From NCBI GenBank assembly GCA_905197045.1, contig CAJJXG010000002.1:65312-129311 (forward strand): 64,000 nucleotides of DNA, read 5' to 3'. This document shows positions 37,640 through 48,475 of the stretch, one piece after another; within the stretch, counting starts at the first letter, position 1, and every line of letters starts with the position of its first letter. Under the pieces are notes generated by a model. It saw only the letters and a program-made list of their open reading frames with translations. It made no database searches and had not been told where the DNA came from. The position numbers were made by a program, and so were the translations under genes. Source of the stretch: an uncultured Bacillales bacterium. Its GTDB lineage: Bacteria; Bacillota_I; Bacilli_A; RFN20; CAG-826.

Positions 37640-39576
37640 AGATTAACGTTTTTACCGGTAATTTGCTTGTCAAAGGTCTTGATTTGATCTTCTAAATTAA
37701 GATCTTTGAATTGGTTCATATATAGTTCGTAATAATAACCTCTTTTTTCCATGAGTGATTTATGGTTGCCATCTTCAATTATTTTTCCATCTTTCATGAC
37801 GATGATTCGATCACAATCAACTATTGTTGAAAGACGATGAGCAATCATAATACTTGTTCTTCCTTTTAATACTTTAGAAATAGCTGTTTGAATAACATGC
37901 TCGGTTTCTGTATCAATTGAAGAAGTGGCTTCATCTAAAATTAAAAGTTTAGGATTACGAATTATGGCTCTAGCAAATGAAATTAATTGTTTTTGACCTT
38001 GCGAAAGTTCATTTCCGCCATCTTTTAAAAATGTATTGTAACCATTTTCAAGAGAAGTTATGTAGTTATGAAGATCGACAATTTTAGCGGCAGTTATAAC
38101 TTCTTCATCAGTGGCGTTTAATTTTCCATATTTGATGTTATCTTTAATGGTTCCTTTAAAGATAAAAGGGGTTTGTTGAACATAGCCAATATTGCTTCTT
38201 AGCCAACCTACACTACGGTCTTTGTAATTCACACCATCAATTAATATCCTTCCCTTAGTAGGTTCATAGAATCTACAAAGTAAGTTAACAGTTGTTGATT
38301 TACCACTTCCAGTTTCACCAACAATAGCAACGCTACTTCCTTCTTTAATATGGATATTCATATCATGGAGGACTTCTAAATCTTGTTTATAAGAAAAAGA
38401 AACGTGGTCAAAAGTTATTTCGCCTTTCATCTCTTCAAAATTTTGTGTCTTATTGTCAAACAAGCTTCCGTATTTTTCGATTACTTCTGGTCTATCAACA
38501 AGTTCTGGTTTTGTATCGATTAACATAAATAGTTTTTCAACATTAGCTTGAGTTGAAATAAGTTCAGCAAAAATTTCTGCAAACTGAGAAATTGGATTGA
38601 AGATACTTCCAACAAAGCCTAAGAAAAGAACCATCATGGCGATTGTGCTCGTTGTTTGATTGGAAATATTAATTAAAGGGAAAACAACAATAATAATTGC
38701 TGTAGTTATTGCACTTAAAACGTTAATTGAAGGATTAAAGAAAGCACTTACCTTACCAGTTTTAAACCTTTTACGGCAAACATCAGTGGAGATTTCTTTA
38801 CATTCTTCATAAATGGTGTTTTCAATAGCTAGTGATTTAATTGTTTTATTGCCACTTATTGATTCAGCAAGCCATCTAACAAATTCACTATATGCGCTAC
38901 GAGCAATTCGAGAAAGCTTTAAAATCCATCTTTGGAAGAAAAGAACAATTATAAATATTAATGGAGTAGTGGCTAAAATTATCAAAGATAATAACCAGCT
39001 ATAGCTAAACATTGTAATAAGAGTAAATACAAGCTCACTTATAATCCAAAAGATTCTTAATACAGAGTTTGAAAGAACATCACCTATATTTGCAGCATCG
39101 TTTTGAAGTCTTGCAATAAGCCATCCACTAGGAGTTCTATCAAAATATGAAAAACTTAATTCTTGAATTCTTTTAAAAGCATCTCTTCTTAAACCAGTCA
39201 TAATAATCATTTCAAAATAGTTCATTGTAAAAAAGGTTAAGAAAATTGCGATGCTTCTTAAAATTATCATGACAATGTAGAAAATAATGTAATTTAAGAA
39301 AGTTAATGTAAAATCAATTCCAAGAATTTTAACCGGAAGTAAGACATCAAAAAGTGGAGTATTTCCAATAAGTTGGCCATTATTAAATGCACTGATTAAG
39401 CCAGCATTCATTGATGGAATAAAACTTGCATCATAAAAAGAAGTAAACATCATTGAGATGATTAAAACTATTAATAGCGGCCACTTAACAAAAACGTATT
39501 TAAAAGTTTTTGCCCAAACAGCCATACTAAACTTGCTATTTATTTCTTCTTCTTTAAAAACTGATTTAGTAGGCAT
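37636..39576 (-). CDS. ABC exporter, fused permease/ATPase (type I exporter half-transporter)
   Basis: Six-TM domain, then GETGSGKST, LSQGQKQ and ILDEATSSID. Confidence 0.85.
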   Translation of the reverse strand: MPTKSVFKEEEINSKFSMAVWAKTFKYVFVKWPLLIVLIISMMFTSFYDASFIPSMNAGLISAFNNGQLIGNTPLFDVLLPVKILGIDFTLTFLNYIIFYIVMIILRSIAIFLTFFTMNYFEMIIMTGLRRDAFKRIQELSFSYFDRTPSGWLIARLQNDAANIGDVLSNSVLRIFWIISELVFTLITMFSYSWLLSLIILATTPLIFIIVLFFQRWILKLSRIARSAYSEFVRWLAESISGNKTIKSLAIENTIYEECKEISTDVCRKRFKTGKVSAFFNPSINVLSAITTAIIIVVFPLINISNQTTSTIAMMVLFLGFVGSIFNPISQFAEIFAELISTQANVEKLFMLIDTKPELVDRPEVIEKYGSLFDNKTQNFEEMKGEITFDHVSFSYKQDLEVLHDMNIHIKEGSSVAIVGETGSGKSTTVNLLCRFYEPTKGRILIDGVNYKDRSVGWLRSNIGYVQQTPFIFKGTIKDNIKYGKLNATDEEVITAAKIVDLHNYITSLENGYNTFLKDGGNELSQGQKQLISFARAIIRNPKLLILDEATSSIDTETEHVIQTAISKVLKGRTSIMIAHRLSTIVDCDRIIVMKDGKIIEDGNHKSLMEKRGYYYELYMNQFKDLNLEDQIKTFDKQITGKNVNL

Positions 39577-39578
39577 AA

Positions 39579-41405
39579 TTATTCCATTTTGGTTTGTATT
39601 TCATAAATTCTTTTATACAAACCTTCCTTCTTAATTAAATCGTTATGTTTACCCATTTCAGAAATCTTTCCATTTTCTAAAACGAGAATTAAATCAGCAT
39701 CTTTTGCAGTTGCAATACGATGAGTGATGATGAATGTTGTTCTTCTTCCAGATTTTTCTTTTAAAGCTTTACGAATGTTATAGTCTGTTTCAGTATCTAA
39801 AGCACTTAACGAATCATCAAAAATTAGAACAGGGGCATCGCTTAATAAAGTTCTAGCTATTGCAACTCTTTGCTTTTGACCTCCACTTAATGTCGTTCCC
39901 TTTTCACCAACAGGAGTGTTGTAACCGTTTGGGAATTGTAGAATGTTAGCATGAATTTGGCTAATTGAAGTAGCAGCAATAATCTCTTTTTCATCAGCGT
40001 TTTGTCTAGCTATTTTAATATTGTCTTTAATTGTCTTAGAAAAAAGGAATGGATCTTGTAAAACAATTGAAATTTCTTTACGTAAATATGATTTTTTGAT
40101 TTCTTTTAGTTCGACACCATCTACTTTAATGCTTCCGCTAGTGTAATCGTAAAGTCTAGTAAGAAGATAAGCTAATGTTGATTTTCCCGATCCGGTTTTG
40201 CCCATAATTGCAACTGTCTGACCTTCTTTGACTGAGAAAGAAACATTATCAATAGCGGCTTGATTAGAATCACAAAAGAAAAAAGAAACTTTATCAAAAA
40301 CAATATTTCCTTTAATTGGTGGCGTAAGACCAGTTTCTGTATCTTCTAGAGGCTCTTCAAGAATTAAATTAATTCGATCTAAACTAGCGTTAGCTCTTGC
40401 TAGATTAGATAAAACTGTAGCAACATCTCTTACCGGCCAAACCATCAAATTAACAAAAGTGAAACTAACAAATAATGTACCGATAGAGATTGTGTTGTTA
40501 TAGCAAAGGATGAAACCAAAAATAGTGGTTAATGCTATTTGACTGAAAACAAAAACATCACTACTAGCAAAGAAAAAAGCAGATAATTTACGCCAGTTTA
40601 GATACTTATTTCTAAAATCTACGATATATTTTTCAAAACTATTAATTTCATAAGTTTCATTATTAAAGGCTTTAACAAGTCTAACGCTTGCAAGATTTTC
40701 TTCAATTTTATCAGTCATATTACCTTCGCTATCATCTGTTAAACGATATCTTCTTCTAACTTCTTTAATTACAAAGAATGAATAGATAAACATAAGTGGT
40801 AAAATGCAAATACTGATTAACGCGATCATCCAATTAGTTATAGCTAAGAAAATAAAGCTTAATAACACAATATAAAAGGTATAAACAATCAAAGTTAAAT
40901 CTGGTCCAGCAAAACGTCTTAATATATCTTCATCTCTAGTACAAGTTTGAATAATATCACCATTTTTCATGCCTTTAATTTTGGAATAAGGTAAGCGTTC
41001 AATATGAGAGAAGAGGAGTAATTGAAGATTTTTACTCATTTTGTTCATAAATGAACTTCTCATAATCATTCTTATTATGATGTTTACACCAGCGATTAAA
41101 GCAAAACCGACAATTAAAACAGCAAACATCCATAAGTTGGAACTTAAAAATTCGATTCCACCAAATATTGTTACAAAAAATGTTGTAAGAATATTTACGT
41201 CATTACCAAGCTGAGATATTTCTGTTATTGGAGTTCCAATTCCCCCAAGATTTTCTTGAGCTTGAAGTACATCAATAAGAATTTTATTTAAATAAGAAGA
41301 TGTGATTGTGAAAAATACAGAAAGGAAAAGTAGGAAAAAATAAAAGAAGTAAATAAATTTACAATCTTGAATCATTACTTTTAAGATTTTCCAGAATTTT
41401 TGCAT
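39579..41405 (-). CDS. ABC exporter, fused permease/ATPase (heterodimer partner)
   Basis: Six-TM domain, then GKTGSGKST, LSGGQKQRVAIAR and IFDDSLSALD. A 2-nt gap separates it from its partner. Confidence 0.85.
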   Translation of the reverse strand: MQKFWKILKVMIQDCKFIYFFYFFLLFLSVFFTITSSYLNKILIDVLQAQENLGGIGTPITEISQLGNDVNILTTFFVTIFGGIEFLSSNLWMFAVLIVGFALIAGVNIIIRMIMRSSFMNKMSKNLQLLLFSHIERLPYSKIKGMKNGDIIQTCTRDEDILRRFAGPDLTLIVYTFYIVLLSFIFLAITNWMIALISICILPLMFIYSFFVIKEVRRRYRLTDDSEGNMTDKIEENLASVRLVKAFNNETYEINSFEKYIVDFRNKYLNWRKLSAFFFASSDVFVFSQIALTTIFGFILCYNNTISIGTLFVSFTFVNLMVWPVRDVATVLSNLARANASLDRINLILEEPLEDTETGLTPPIKGNIVFDKVSFFFCDSNQAAIDNVSFSVKEGQTVAIMGKTGSGKSTLAYLLTRLYDYTSGSIKVDGVELKEIKKSYLRKEISIVLQDPFLFSKTIKDNIKIARQNADEKEIIAATSISQIHANILQFPNGYNTPVGEKGTTLSGGQKQRVAIARTLLSDAPVLIFDDSLSALDTETDYNIRKALKEKSGRRTTFIITHRIATAKDADLILVLENGKISEMGKHNDLIKKEGLYKRIYEIQTKME

Positions 41406-41470
41406 AGAAACATGATACTATTTTTATAGTGAAATTCAATTATCTTTGGTAGAATTAACACAGGTATTTT

Positions 41471-43084
41471 ATGGACGAGGATAGAAAAGAATTTGACATA
41501 GATAACGAAGAAATTATTGATGAAGATGAAAATAAAAGGGTCGAAGAAATTGTAAAAAACCTTGCTGAAGCTCAATATTCTGAAAAAAATGATGACGATT
41601 TTACTGATAATGTTATTGAAAGAGAAACAGATTTAGGCGACAGCATTCAAGAAGATGTTGTTGAAGAGAAACAAATAGCTTCAAAAAATAGAGAAAAAAA
41701 GCAACAAGGAAATAAATACAAATACCTTATTTATTTAAGTCTCATTCTTTTAATAACGGCCTGTGTTTTATGGTATAACCTTGTCCAACCAACCACTGGG
41801 CTTGATGGGACACCAATGTTAGTTTATGAGACGATACCTGATGTTGTTGCTCAAACTAATGTGTGGTACTTTCTTTTACTTATTTTATCTGTTGTTTTTG
41901 GCTTTTTTATTGCCGCATTAATTATTTGGACATTTGCAAAACTTTATACGAAACACTATAAAATGCATCAAGCGGTTGCAAATGCTCTGATTGGAGCTTT
42001 TTATAGTGCTATTACTCCAGGATCAAGTGGTGGTCAATTTGCTCAAGTATATGTTTTTAAAAAACAAGGTATGCCTGTATCAAACGCAGCTTCAATTTTT
42101 GTAATGAGCTTTATTGTTTATCAATGTTGCTTGATTATTTTTGGTATCATCTCTTTAATTACTAGTTTTCAATCGATTTTAAACATTAATGTTATTCCAA
42201 TTTCGATTGGCGATCTAAGTTTTGATTTACCAATTTGGATTTTTATTGCTTTTGGATTTTTCTTAAATCTGATTGTTATTATTGCTTTATTCTTTATGTC
42301 TTTATCAAGAAGATTTCAGAATTTTGTTTGCAATGGTCTAATAGGAATTTGCGCTAAATTAAAAATCATTAGGAATCCAGAGGAAAAAAGAAAAGCAATT
42401 AGAATTCAGGTTGAGAACTATCGTATTGAGTTTAGAAGACTTCAATCAAATTTAGCCTTTACCGGATTAATATTTTTAATTTATTGTGTTTCTATTATTA
42501 ATTCAAATATTCAACCATTTTTATGTGGTTTAGCATTAAATGCTTTTGATGCTGAAACTTTAAGTTCAGCTGGAGCTATTTTTGAAAAGATTTATCAAAG
42601 TATTGTTTATTCCAATTTTCATCAAATGGCAACTGGTTTATTACCACTCCCTGGTAGTGCAGGTGTTAGTGAGATTGTTTTTGGTTCCTTATTTGGCCAA
42701 ACTAGCGGATATTTCTCTAGTAGATTCTATGAAACAGGTGGAGGAATTAATATTCTTCTTTTGCTTTGGAGATTTATGACTTTCTACATTCCATTTATTA
42801 TTAATGGAGTTGTTGCAGCAACTTATAAATCTAGAGGTATGCCTGTTAAAGATAGAATTCTTCCAGTTGGCGATAAAAAAACTATGCTTACCATTCAACT
42901 TTCAACTTATGCTGAAAGAAAAGAAACTTCTGATATTGCTTATGAAACACGCATAATGGAGAGAAAAGAACTTCTTCAAAGGATGATTAAATTCTCTTCT
43001 AAAAGTGAAAAAGATAAAGAAAGCAAAAGCAAAAAAGACAGAAGCGAGAAAAAAGAAAAAAATAAGAAAGATGAAGAAAAATGA
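41471..43084 (+). CDS. flippase-like polytopic membrane protein (UPF0104 / LPG_synthase_TM-like) with charged low-complexity termini
   Basis: About 8 TM helices. Conserved motifs are ...ITPGSSGGQFAQVY... and ...PLPGSAGVSEIVF.... The N-terminus is acidic and the C-terminus is a KSEKDKESKSKKDRSEKKEKNKKDEEK tail. Confidence 0.55.
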   Translation: MDEDRKEFDIDNEEIIDEDENKRVEEIVKNLAEAQYSEKNDDDFTDNVIERETDLGDSIQEDVVEEKQIASKNREKKQQGNKYKYLIYLSLILLITACVLWYNLVQPTTGLDGTPMLVYETIPDVVAQTNVWYFLLLILSVVFGFFIAALIIWTFAKLYTKHYKMHQAVANALIGAFYSAITPGSSGGQFAQVYVFKKQGMPVSNAASIFVMSFIVYQCCLIIFGIISLITSFQSILNINVIPISIGDLSFDLPIWIFIAFGFFLNLIVIIALFFMSLSRRFQNFVCNGLIGICAKLKIIRNPEEKRKAIRIQVENYRIEFRRLQSNLAFTGLIFLIYCVSIINSNIQPFLCGLALNAFDAETLSSAGAIFEKIYQSIVYSNFHQMATGLLPLPGSAGVSEIVFGSLFGQTSGYFSSRFYETGGGINILLLLWRFMTFYIPFIINGVVAATYKSRGMPVKDRILPVGDKKTMLTIQLSTYAERKETSDIAYETRIMERKELLQRMIKFSSKSEKDKESKSKKDRSEKKEKNKKDEEK

Positions 43085-44253
43085 ATATAGCAATTTTTTC
43101 TGATGTATATTTGCCTGATATTAATGGTGTAGCAGTTAGTGTTGATTCTCTTTTTAAGCTCTTAAAGAAATATGGGCATAATGCCTATGTTGTGACAACA
43201 AGTAGTGAAAAAGAAATATCTTTTAAGGATAATATTTTAAGAATTCCAGGACTTGAACTTAAAAAGCTTTATGGATATCGCGCATCGTTTATTTATAACG
43301 AAAAAGCTTTCCAAATTTTAAAGAAACTGAAACTTGATTTATGTCACATTAATACAGAGTTTGGTATTTCTCAATTTGGTTTTATTGTTGCAAGCAAACT
43401 AAATATCCCAAGCGTTTATACTTATCATACGATGTATGAAGATTACACATATTATGCTACAAAAGGTTATTTTGATCGTTTTTCTAAGTGGGCAATTAGA
43501 GAATTTGATAAATCATGTATGAATAGAGCAACAGAAATTATTTCTCCTAGTGAAAAAACGAAAGTTTATATCCGCTCTGTTGGTGTAGAAAAATATGTTA
43601 ATGTTGTACCAACTGGTTTTAATTTTGATCGTTTCTTACCAAATGAAGAGAATCGAGCAAAAAGTTTAAAAATGAGACAAGAGTTAGGCTTTAAAGATAA
43701 TCAGAAAATATTGCTTTGTCTTGGGCGAATCGCTAAAGAAAAAAGCTTTGATATTATTATCGAAGGATATGCTGATTATTTAAAAACATACGATGATAAT
43801 GATACAGTTTTAGTTTTTGTTGGCGATGGTCCAGCACGAAATGAGTTAGAAGCACTAACTAAAAAATTAAATATTGAAAATCGTGTTAGATTTGTTGGAA
43901 AAGTCGATAATTCACTAGTTCCATATTATTACTTGATGAGTTCAGTCTTTTTAAACGCTTCAATCAGTGAAACGCAAGGCTTAACTTTTATGGAAGCGAT
44001 GGCTAGTGATTTATTGGTATTATGTCGTTTTGATAATAACTTAGTTGGAGTTATTTATAATAATAAAACCGGTTTCTTCTTCCAAGATGTAACTGATTTT
44101 AAAGATAAACTTCACTATGTTTTATCTTTGTCTAAAGAAGAAAGTGATTTGATTAGGAAAAATGCCTTTGATTCAATAGATTGTTTTTCCGAAAAAACTT
44201 TCTATAACAATATAATAGAGGTATATAAACGTGCAATTAGAAGAAGTCGGTAA
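43081..44253 (+). CDS. GT4-family glycosyltransferase, diacylglycerol glucosyltransferase-like (glycolipid synthase)
   Basis: N-terminus is MNIAIFSDVYLPDINGVAVSV. Downstream motifs are HTMYEDY and ETQGLTFMEAMAS (E-x7-E). An ATGA overlap links it to the upstream gene. Confidence 0.75.
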   Translation: MNIAIFSDVYLPDINGVAVSVDSLFKLLKKYGHNAYVVTTSSEKEISFKDNILRIPGLELKKLYGYRASFIYNEKAFQILKKLKLDLCHINTEFGISQFGFIVASKLNIPSVYTYHTMYEDYTYYATKGYFDRFSKWAIREFDKSCMNRATEIISPSEKTKVYIRSVGVEKYVNVVPTGFNFDRFLPNEENRAKSLKMRQELGFKDNQKILLCLGRIAKEKSFDIIIEGYADYLKTYDDNDTVLVFVGDGPARNELEALTKKLNIENRVRFVGKVDNSLVPYYYLMSSVFLNASISETQGLTFMEAMASDLLVLCRFDNNLVGVIYNNKTGFFFQDVTDFKDKLHYVLSLSKEESDLIRKNAFDSIDCFSEKTFYNNIIEVYKRAIRRSR

Positions 44254-45064
44254 TAAAAATTTAGTTATTAAAGATGTTAAAGATAAAGGTAGCAAAGTCA
44301 TCCTTACTTTTAATGACGATTCTAAAGTGAAGATATCTAAATTGACTTACACTAACTTTGCTTTAAGCGAAGAGAAAGAAATTGATGAGAAATTAAATAA
44401 AGAAATTAATCTTTTTGAGCAAAAAGTTGAAATTTCAAAATATATAAAATCCTTAATTGCTAAAAAGCCTTATACAGAACGCGAGTTATTGAAAAAAGCA
44501 ATTAGCAAGTTTAAGGATTACCATTTAGTTATTGATGTTGTTCGCGAACTTAAGGTTTCTCGCCTTATTGATGATGAAGACTATATCAATAATTATTTAG
44601 ATTATTTTGATAAAAATAATTATGGAGAATATTTTATTATTAATTTCTTTAGATCAAGCGGTTTAAAGCAAGAATTAATCGAAAAACTTGAGTTTGACGA
44701 TGAAAATGAAAAAAGAAAAGCGTTAAATTATTTTGATAGTATTAAAAATAAATTTGTAAGTAGCAACTTTGCCAAACAAAAAAAGAAAATTTATGACAGA
44801 ATGCTTCAAAGAGGTTTTAATATCGAAGTCATTTTAGACGTCTTAAATAACTTAAAAATTAATGAAGAGAGTGAAAAAGATCGTCTAAAAAAAGATTATA
44901 AAAAAGCTAAGATTAAATATTTTATAACTAACGATAATCAAGTTGATGCCAACTCTAAAATTGTTAATAAACTTATTAACAAAGGCTATAGTTTAGAAGA
45001 TATTAATGAAATTATTGAGCAAGATGAAGACTTTGATGAAACAAAGGAGACCTTAAATGATTAA
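44231..45064 (+). CDS. recX: RecX-family regulatory protein
   Basis: Repeated three-helix pattern YTERELLKK...VIDVVRELKVSRLIDDEDYINNYL. GTG start. Confidence 0.55.
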   Translation: MQLEEVGNKNLVIKDVKDKGSKVILTFNDDSKVKISKLTYTNFALSEEKEIDEKLNKEINLFEQKVEISKYIKSLIAKKPYTERELLKKAISKFKDYHLVIDVVRELKVSRLIDDEDYINNYLDYFDKNNYGEYFIINFFRSSGLKQELIEKLEFDDENEKRKALNYFDSIKNKFVSSNFAKQKKKIYDRMLQRGFNIEVILDVLNNLKINEESEKDRLKKDYKKAKIKYFITNDNQVDANSKIVNKLINKGYSLEDINEIIEQDEDFDETKETLND

Positions 45065-45992
45065 AGATTTAGTAGATGGTGCTAACGCTAGTGGAATATA
45101 TTTAGTAAAGGATTTTTCAAAATGCGTTACTAATGGCGGTAAATCTTATTTAAACTTACATTTTCAAGATGCAAGTGGAGTAATTGATGGTAAAAAATGG
45201 GAAGTTAGCGATGAAGATTTAAACTCTTTAGAAGTCGGATCTTTAATTAGAATCGATGGCCAAGCATTAGATTATAAAGGAAAGATACAAATTAAGGTCT
45301 TAGGAATTTATAAAGTCGATCCTCATGATGTTGATTTAAAAGATTTCTTGGTTGATTCGCCTATTGCTGTTGAAATTTTAATCTCTAAATTTAAGAAATA
45401 TTATAACAGCGTAAAAAATGAAGACTGCAAAGCTATCTTAAAGGAAATCTTTACAAGATATTATAAAGAATTTATTGATTATCCAGCGGCCGTTAAAAAT
45501 CATCATGAATTTTATCATGGTCTAATTTATCATACTGTTTCAATGTGTGAAGTAGCCGAATTTTGTGGAAAGCACTATCCATTTTTAAATTATGATTTAT
45601 TAATTAGCGGTTGTTTATTACATGATATTGGTAAAGTTATTGAACTTTCTGGTCCAATTGCCACTAAATATACCGAAGAAGGAAATTTACTTGGTCATTT
45701 AACTATTGGAATGAGTATTGTAAAAGAAGTAGCTGATAGATTAAATATTAAAAGTGAAGTTCCTACTTTATTAGAACACATGATTTTATCTCATCATGGT
45801 AAACTTGAATTTGGTGCAGCAGTTTTGCCTCTTACTCCTGAAGCTTTAATTTTATCAATGATTGATGATATGGATGCTAAGATGATGATGCTTGAAAAAG
45901 CACTTAAAGATGTTAAAGAAGGCGAATATAGCGATAGATTGTTTGCTTTAGATAATAGAACATTTTATAAAAGCAAAGTTAAAAATGATTAG
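45057..45992 (+). CDS. yhaM: 3'-5' exoribonuclease YhaM (OB-fold plus HD domain)
   Basis: N-terminal OB segment (GKSYLNLHFQDASG), with HHEFYHGLIYHT and LLHDIGKV...SHHG. Confidence 0.8.
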   Translation: MIKDLVDGANASGIYLVKDFSKCVTNGGKSYLNLHFQDASGVIDGKKWEVSDEDLNSLEVGSLIRIDGQALDYKGKIQIKVLGIYKVDPHDVDLKDFLVDSPIAVEILISKFKKYYNSVKNEDCKAILKEIFTRYYKEFIDYPAAVKNHHEFYHGLIYHTVSMCEVAEFCGKHYPFLNYDLLISGCLLHDIGKVIELSGPIATKYTEEGNLLGHLTIGMSIVKEVADRLNIKSEVPTLLEHMILSHHGKLEFGAAVLPLTPEALILSMIDDMDAKMMMLEKALKDVKEGEYSDRLFALDNRTFYKSKVKND

Positions 45993-46010
45993 TTAATATT
46001 GCTCCAATTT

Positions 46011-46046
46011 AAAAAGTCGCCTCGTTTATTAGTTAGGCGACTTTTT
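46011..46046. terminator. bidirectional intrinsic terminator (yhaM / hit convergent)
   Basis: AAAAAGTCGCCT pairs with AGGCGACTTTTT around a 12-nt loop. Confidence 0.7.
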
Positions 46047-46084
46047 CTTTCGCTTCAAAACCAGTTTTTTAGAATATTGAATTA

Positions 46085-46507
46085 TTAATCTTCTAATTTT
46101 TCCTTAATTTCTTTTGCAACAGCTGGTAAGTTTACCTCTTTCATCTGTTTAAATTCAAGTTTGAAACCATCAGTTGCTGTATATCTTGGTACAACATGAA
46201 CATGAAAGTGTGGGACTTCTTGTCCAGCAGCTTCTTTGCAGTTTATCAAGATATTAATGCCTTTAGCACCAAGTTGTTCCATTTGAACTTGTCCAATTCT
46301 TTGAGCAACATTCATTACTTTATTCATGACTTCTTTAGGTGTTGATAAGAAATTAGGATAATGCTTTTTTGAAATAACTAAAGCATGGCCATAAGTCACT
46401 GGATTTACATCCAAAAAAGCCATAACATCTTCATCTTCATAAAGTTTTGCGCTTGGTATATCGCCATGAACTATTTTACAAAATACACAATTTGTATCAA
46501 AATCCAT
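46085..46507 (-). CDS. HIT-family (histidine triad) nucleotide hydrolase
   Basis: CVFCKI... and the HFHVHVVPR triad. RBS AAGGAG is present. Confidence 0.9.
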   Translation of the reverse strand: MDFDTNCVFCKIVHGDIPSAKLYEDEDVMAFLDVNPVTYGHALVISKKHYPNFLSTPKEVMNKVMNVAQRIGQVQMEQLGAKGINILINCKEAAGQEVPHFHVHVVPRYTATDGFKLEFKQMKEVNLPAVAKEIKEKLED

Positions 46508-46530
46508 AAATAAAACTCCTTGTTCTTATG

Positions 46531-46559
46531 AAAAAAGCCTGCAAAACCCAGGCTTTTTT
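46531..46559 (-). terminator. intrinsic terminator after the lipoprotein pair
   Basis: AAAAAAGCCTG pairs with CAGGCTTTTTT around a 7-nt loop. Confidence 0.65.
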
Positions 46560-46561
46560 AA

Positions 46562-48457
46562 TTAATCAAATAAATCAGGATATGTAGTATTGAAATAATC
46601 ATAAACATCTTGATCATGGTAATTGATATTACATTGTTCAAGATAATATGTTATTGCATTAGTTCTATAAGTGTCACCACTTGCAAGAGTATATCCAATT
46701 GTTCTTGCCTTATTTTCTCTTTCAATTTTTTGTTCGTTTGTTAATCCTGTTTCAGCGAAAGAAACAAGGCTTGGAGTAACAATATCTTCAATTTCAACAA
46801 TATAGTAGTTATCTCCATCATTCCATAAAATGGAATCAGTTGTTGAAGAGAAGGAATCTTTTCTAAGATAGCTTCTTCCTTTTACATCTTGATAGATATA
46901 GCTGCCTTTATAAGCATTTTCAGAATCAACAGCATTATTCCAATCGTTAACAAGACCAAAGCTATAAAGTTTGTTTTTAATAGCATCAGGTAATGAACTA
47001 TCATCTCTTGATTGCCATCCAGCAGTAGTGAAATCATTAACGATAATTTCATCAGCTTTAATTGTAAAACCAACTACAGGATCATAATTATGAGAATCAA
47101 TTGTTGTAAATGTTTCATAATTAGTTGCATTATTTGTGGTTGGATCATTTGTTAAAGTTGAATATTGCTCAATTAAATCAGCATAAGAAGTATTTTTGTA
47201 ATATTTGAAATACTTGTCATTAGCAGCATTATCACCGTATTTTGCATAGTAGGAGTTGTAGTTATTTTCTCCACCATGTCCGTCTAAACCATAAGATGGA
47301 TTCTCAATTACAGATGTACCAAATTGTTGATCAGCTAAGGCTTTAGCATCAGGATTTTGACTAATCTTAAAGTCGATACCTTTCCAAGCAGTTGATGCGA
47401 TTTCGAATTTTTCATCGGTTGATTTGCCAGTTTTATCACTTTTATCGGTTGCTGTAATATAGCTATCAATAAAGCTTGTTAAGAAAGCGTTTGCATTCTT
47501 TTCTGAGTTATCAGCAATAGTAATATAATTTACTTTTCTTGATTGAGTATTACCAATAGCAGTGTATTGTTGTTCAAAAATGTATTGTTCAACAAGTAAA
47601 TTTTCAATAATTGTAGGTAAAATAGTGTTATTGATGTAATCAAGATAGTAATTAATATGTAAAACACTCTTGATTTTATTTCTACCATCTTCAGAAGTAG
47701 TGTTATAGGAGCCATCAATTAAAGCACCATTTGTGAACCCGTTTAAAGTTTCAACACCATCTTTAAATCCTAAGAAATTGCCTTGATCATAGATATAATG
47801 ATTGATGTAATCAGGATTGGTATACAAAACTTCTTCCAATGATTTTCCGCCTAAATCAGCTTCAGGAACAGAAACAGCGTAAAGTTGTTCATAAACGTTT
47901 CTTGCAAATAAAACTTCGTAGAAACGATTATTTCTCTTATAGTCAGTAGCGTTTGCTTGTGACCAAAGTGAAGAAACGATTTGACTATCAATAATGTTTT
48001 TGATTGATGTTAATCTAGCTTCAAATTCTTCTTTAGTTGGAGCGTTTTCTGATAATGTTAATCTATAACCGGAAGTTTCCCAATTGTAATAAGCTGGATG
48101 AGAATTGATAAAATTAGCTTTTGCTTCAGCACTAACTTCTGATTTATCGCTTAAATTAATATCGTATCCATCTAAAATAATTTTATAACCATCAGCATCA
48201 GTTTCATCAGCAATAACTCTAAAATCACCAATAACTTCTTTAGCGATAGCACTAGTTAAAATGGAATTAACATCACTTTCGTAGTTATCAGAATTTTTAA
48301 TTGAATCATAAATAACGTTAAGTGTGTTGTGATCAAGTTGAATCGTAGCATTTGTTAATGGTGAATCACCATCAGGAAATTGAGCAACTACCTTTCCACA
48401 AGAAGAAAGGAGAAGTGTTGAGGAAGCTAAGGTTAATAATAATGTTTTCTTTTTCAT
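46562..48457 (-). CDS. large lipoprotein, function unknown
   Basis: MKKKTLLLTLASSTLLLSSCGK signal and lipobox. I prefer the ATG at 48457 (RBS GAGGAG 10 nt upstream) over the track TTG at 48475. The mature part is rich in N, D, Y and T. Confidence 0.65.
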   Translation of the reverse strand: MKKKTLLLTLASSTLLLSSCGKVVAQFPDGDSPLTNATIQLDHNTLNVIYDSIKNSDNYESDVNSILTSAIAKEVIGDFRVIADETDADGYKIILDGYDINLSDKSEVSAEAKANFINSHPAYYNWETSGYRLTLSENAPTKEEFEARLTSIKNIIDSQIVSSLWSQANATDYKRNNRFYEVLFARNVYEQLYAVSVPEADLGGKSLEEVLYTNPDYINHYIYDQGNFLGFKDGVETLNGFTNGALIDGSYNTTSEDGRNKIKSVLHINYYLDYINNTILPTIIENLLVEQYIFEQQYTAIGNTQSRKVNYITIADNSEKNANAFLTSFIDSYITATDKSDKTGKSTDEKFEIASTAWKGIDFKISQNPDAKALADQQFGTSVIENPSYGLDGHGGENNYNSYYAKYGDNAANDKYFKYYKNTSYADLIEQYSTLTNDPTTNNATNYETFTTIDSHNYDPVVGFTIKADEIIVNDFTTAGWQSRDDSSLPDAIKNKLYSFGLVNDWNNAVDSENAYKGSYIYQDVKGRSYLRKDSFSSTTDSILWNDGDNYYIVEIEDIVTPSLVSFAETGLTNEQKIERENKARTIGYTLASGDTYRTNAITYYLEQCNINYHDQDVYDYFNTTYPDLFD

Positions 48458-48475
48458 AATATTTTTACTCCTCAA

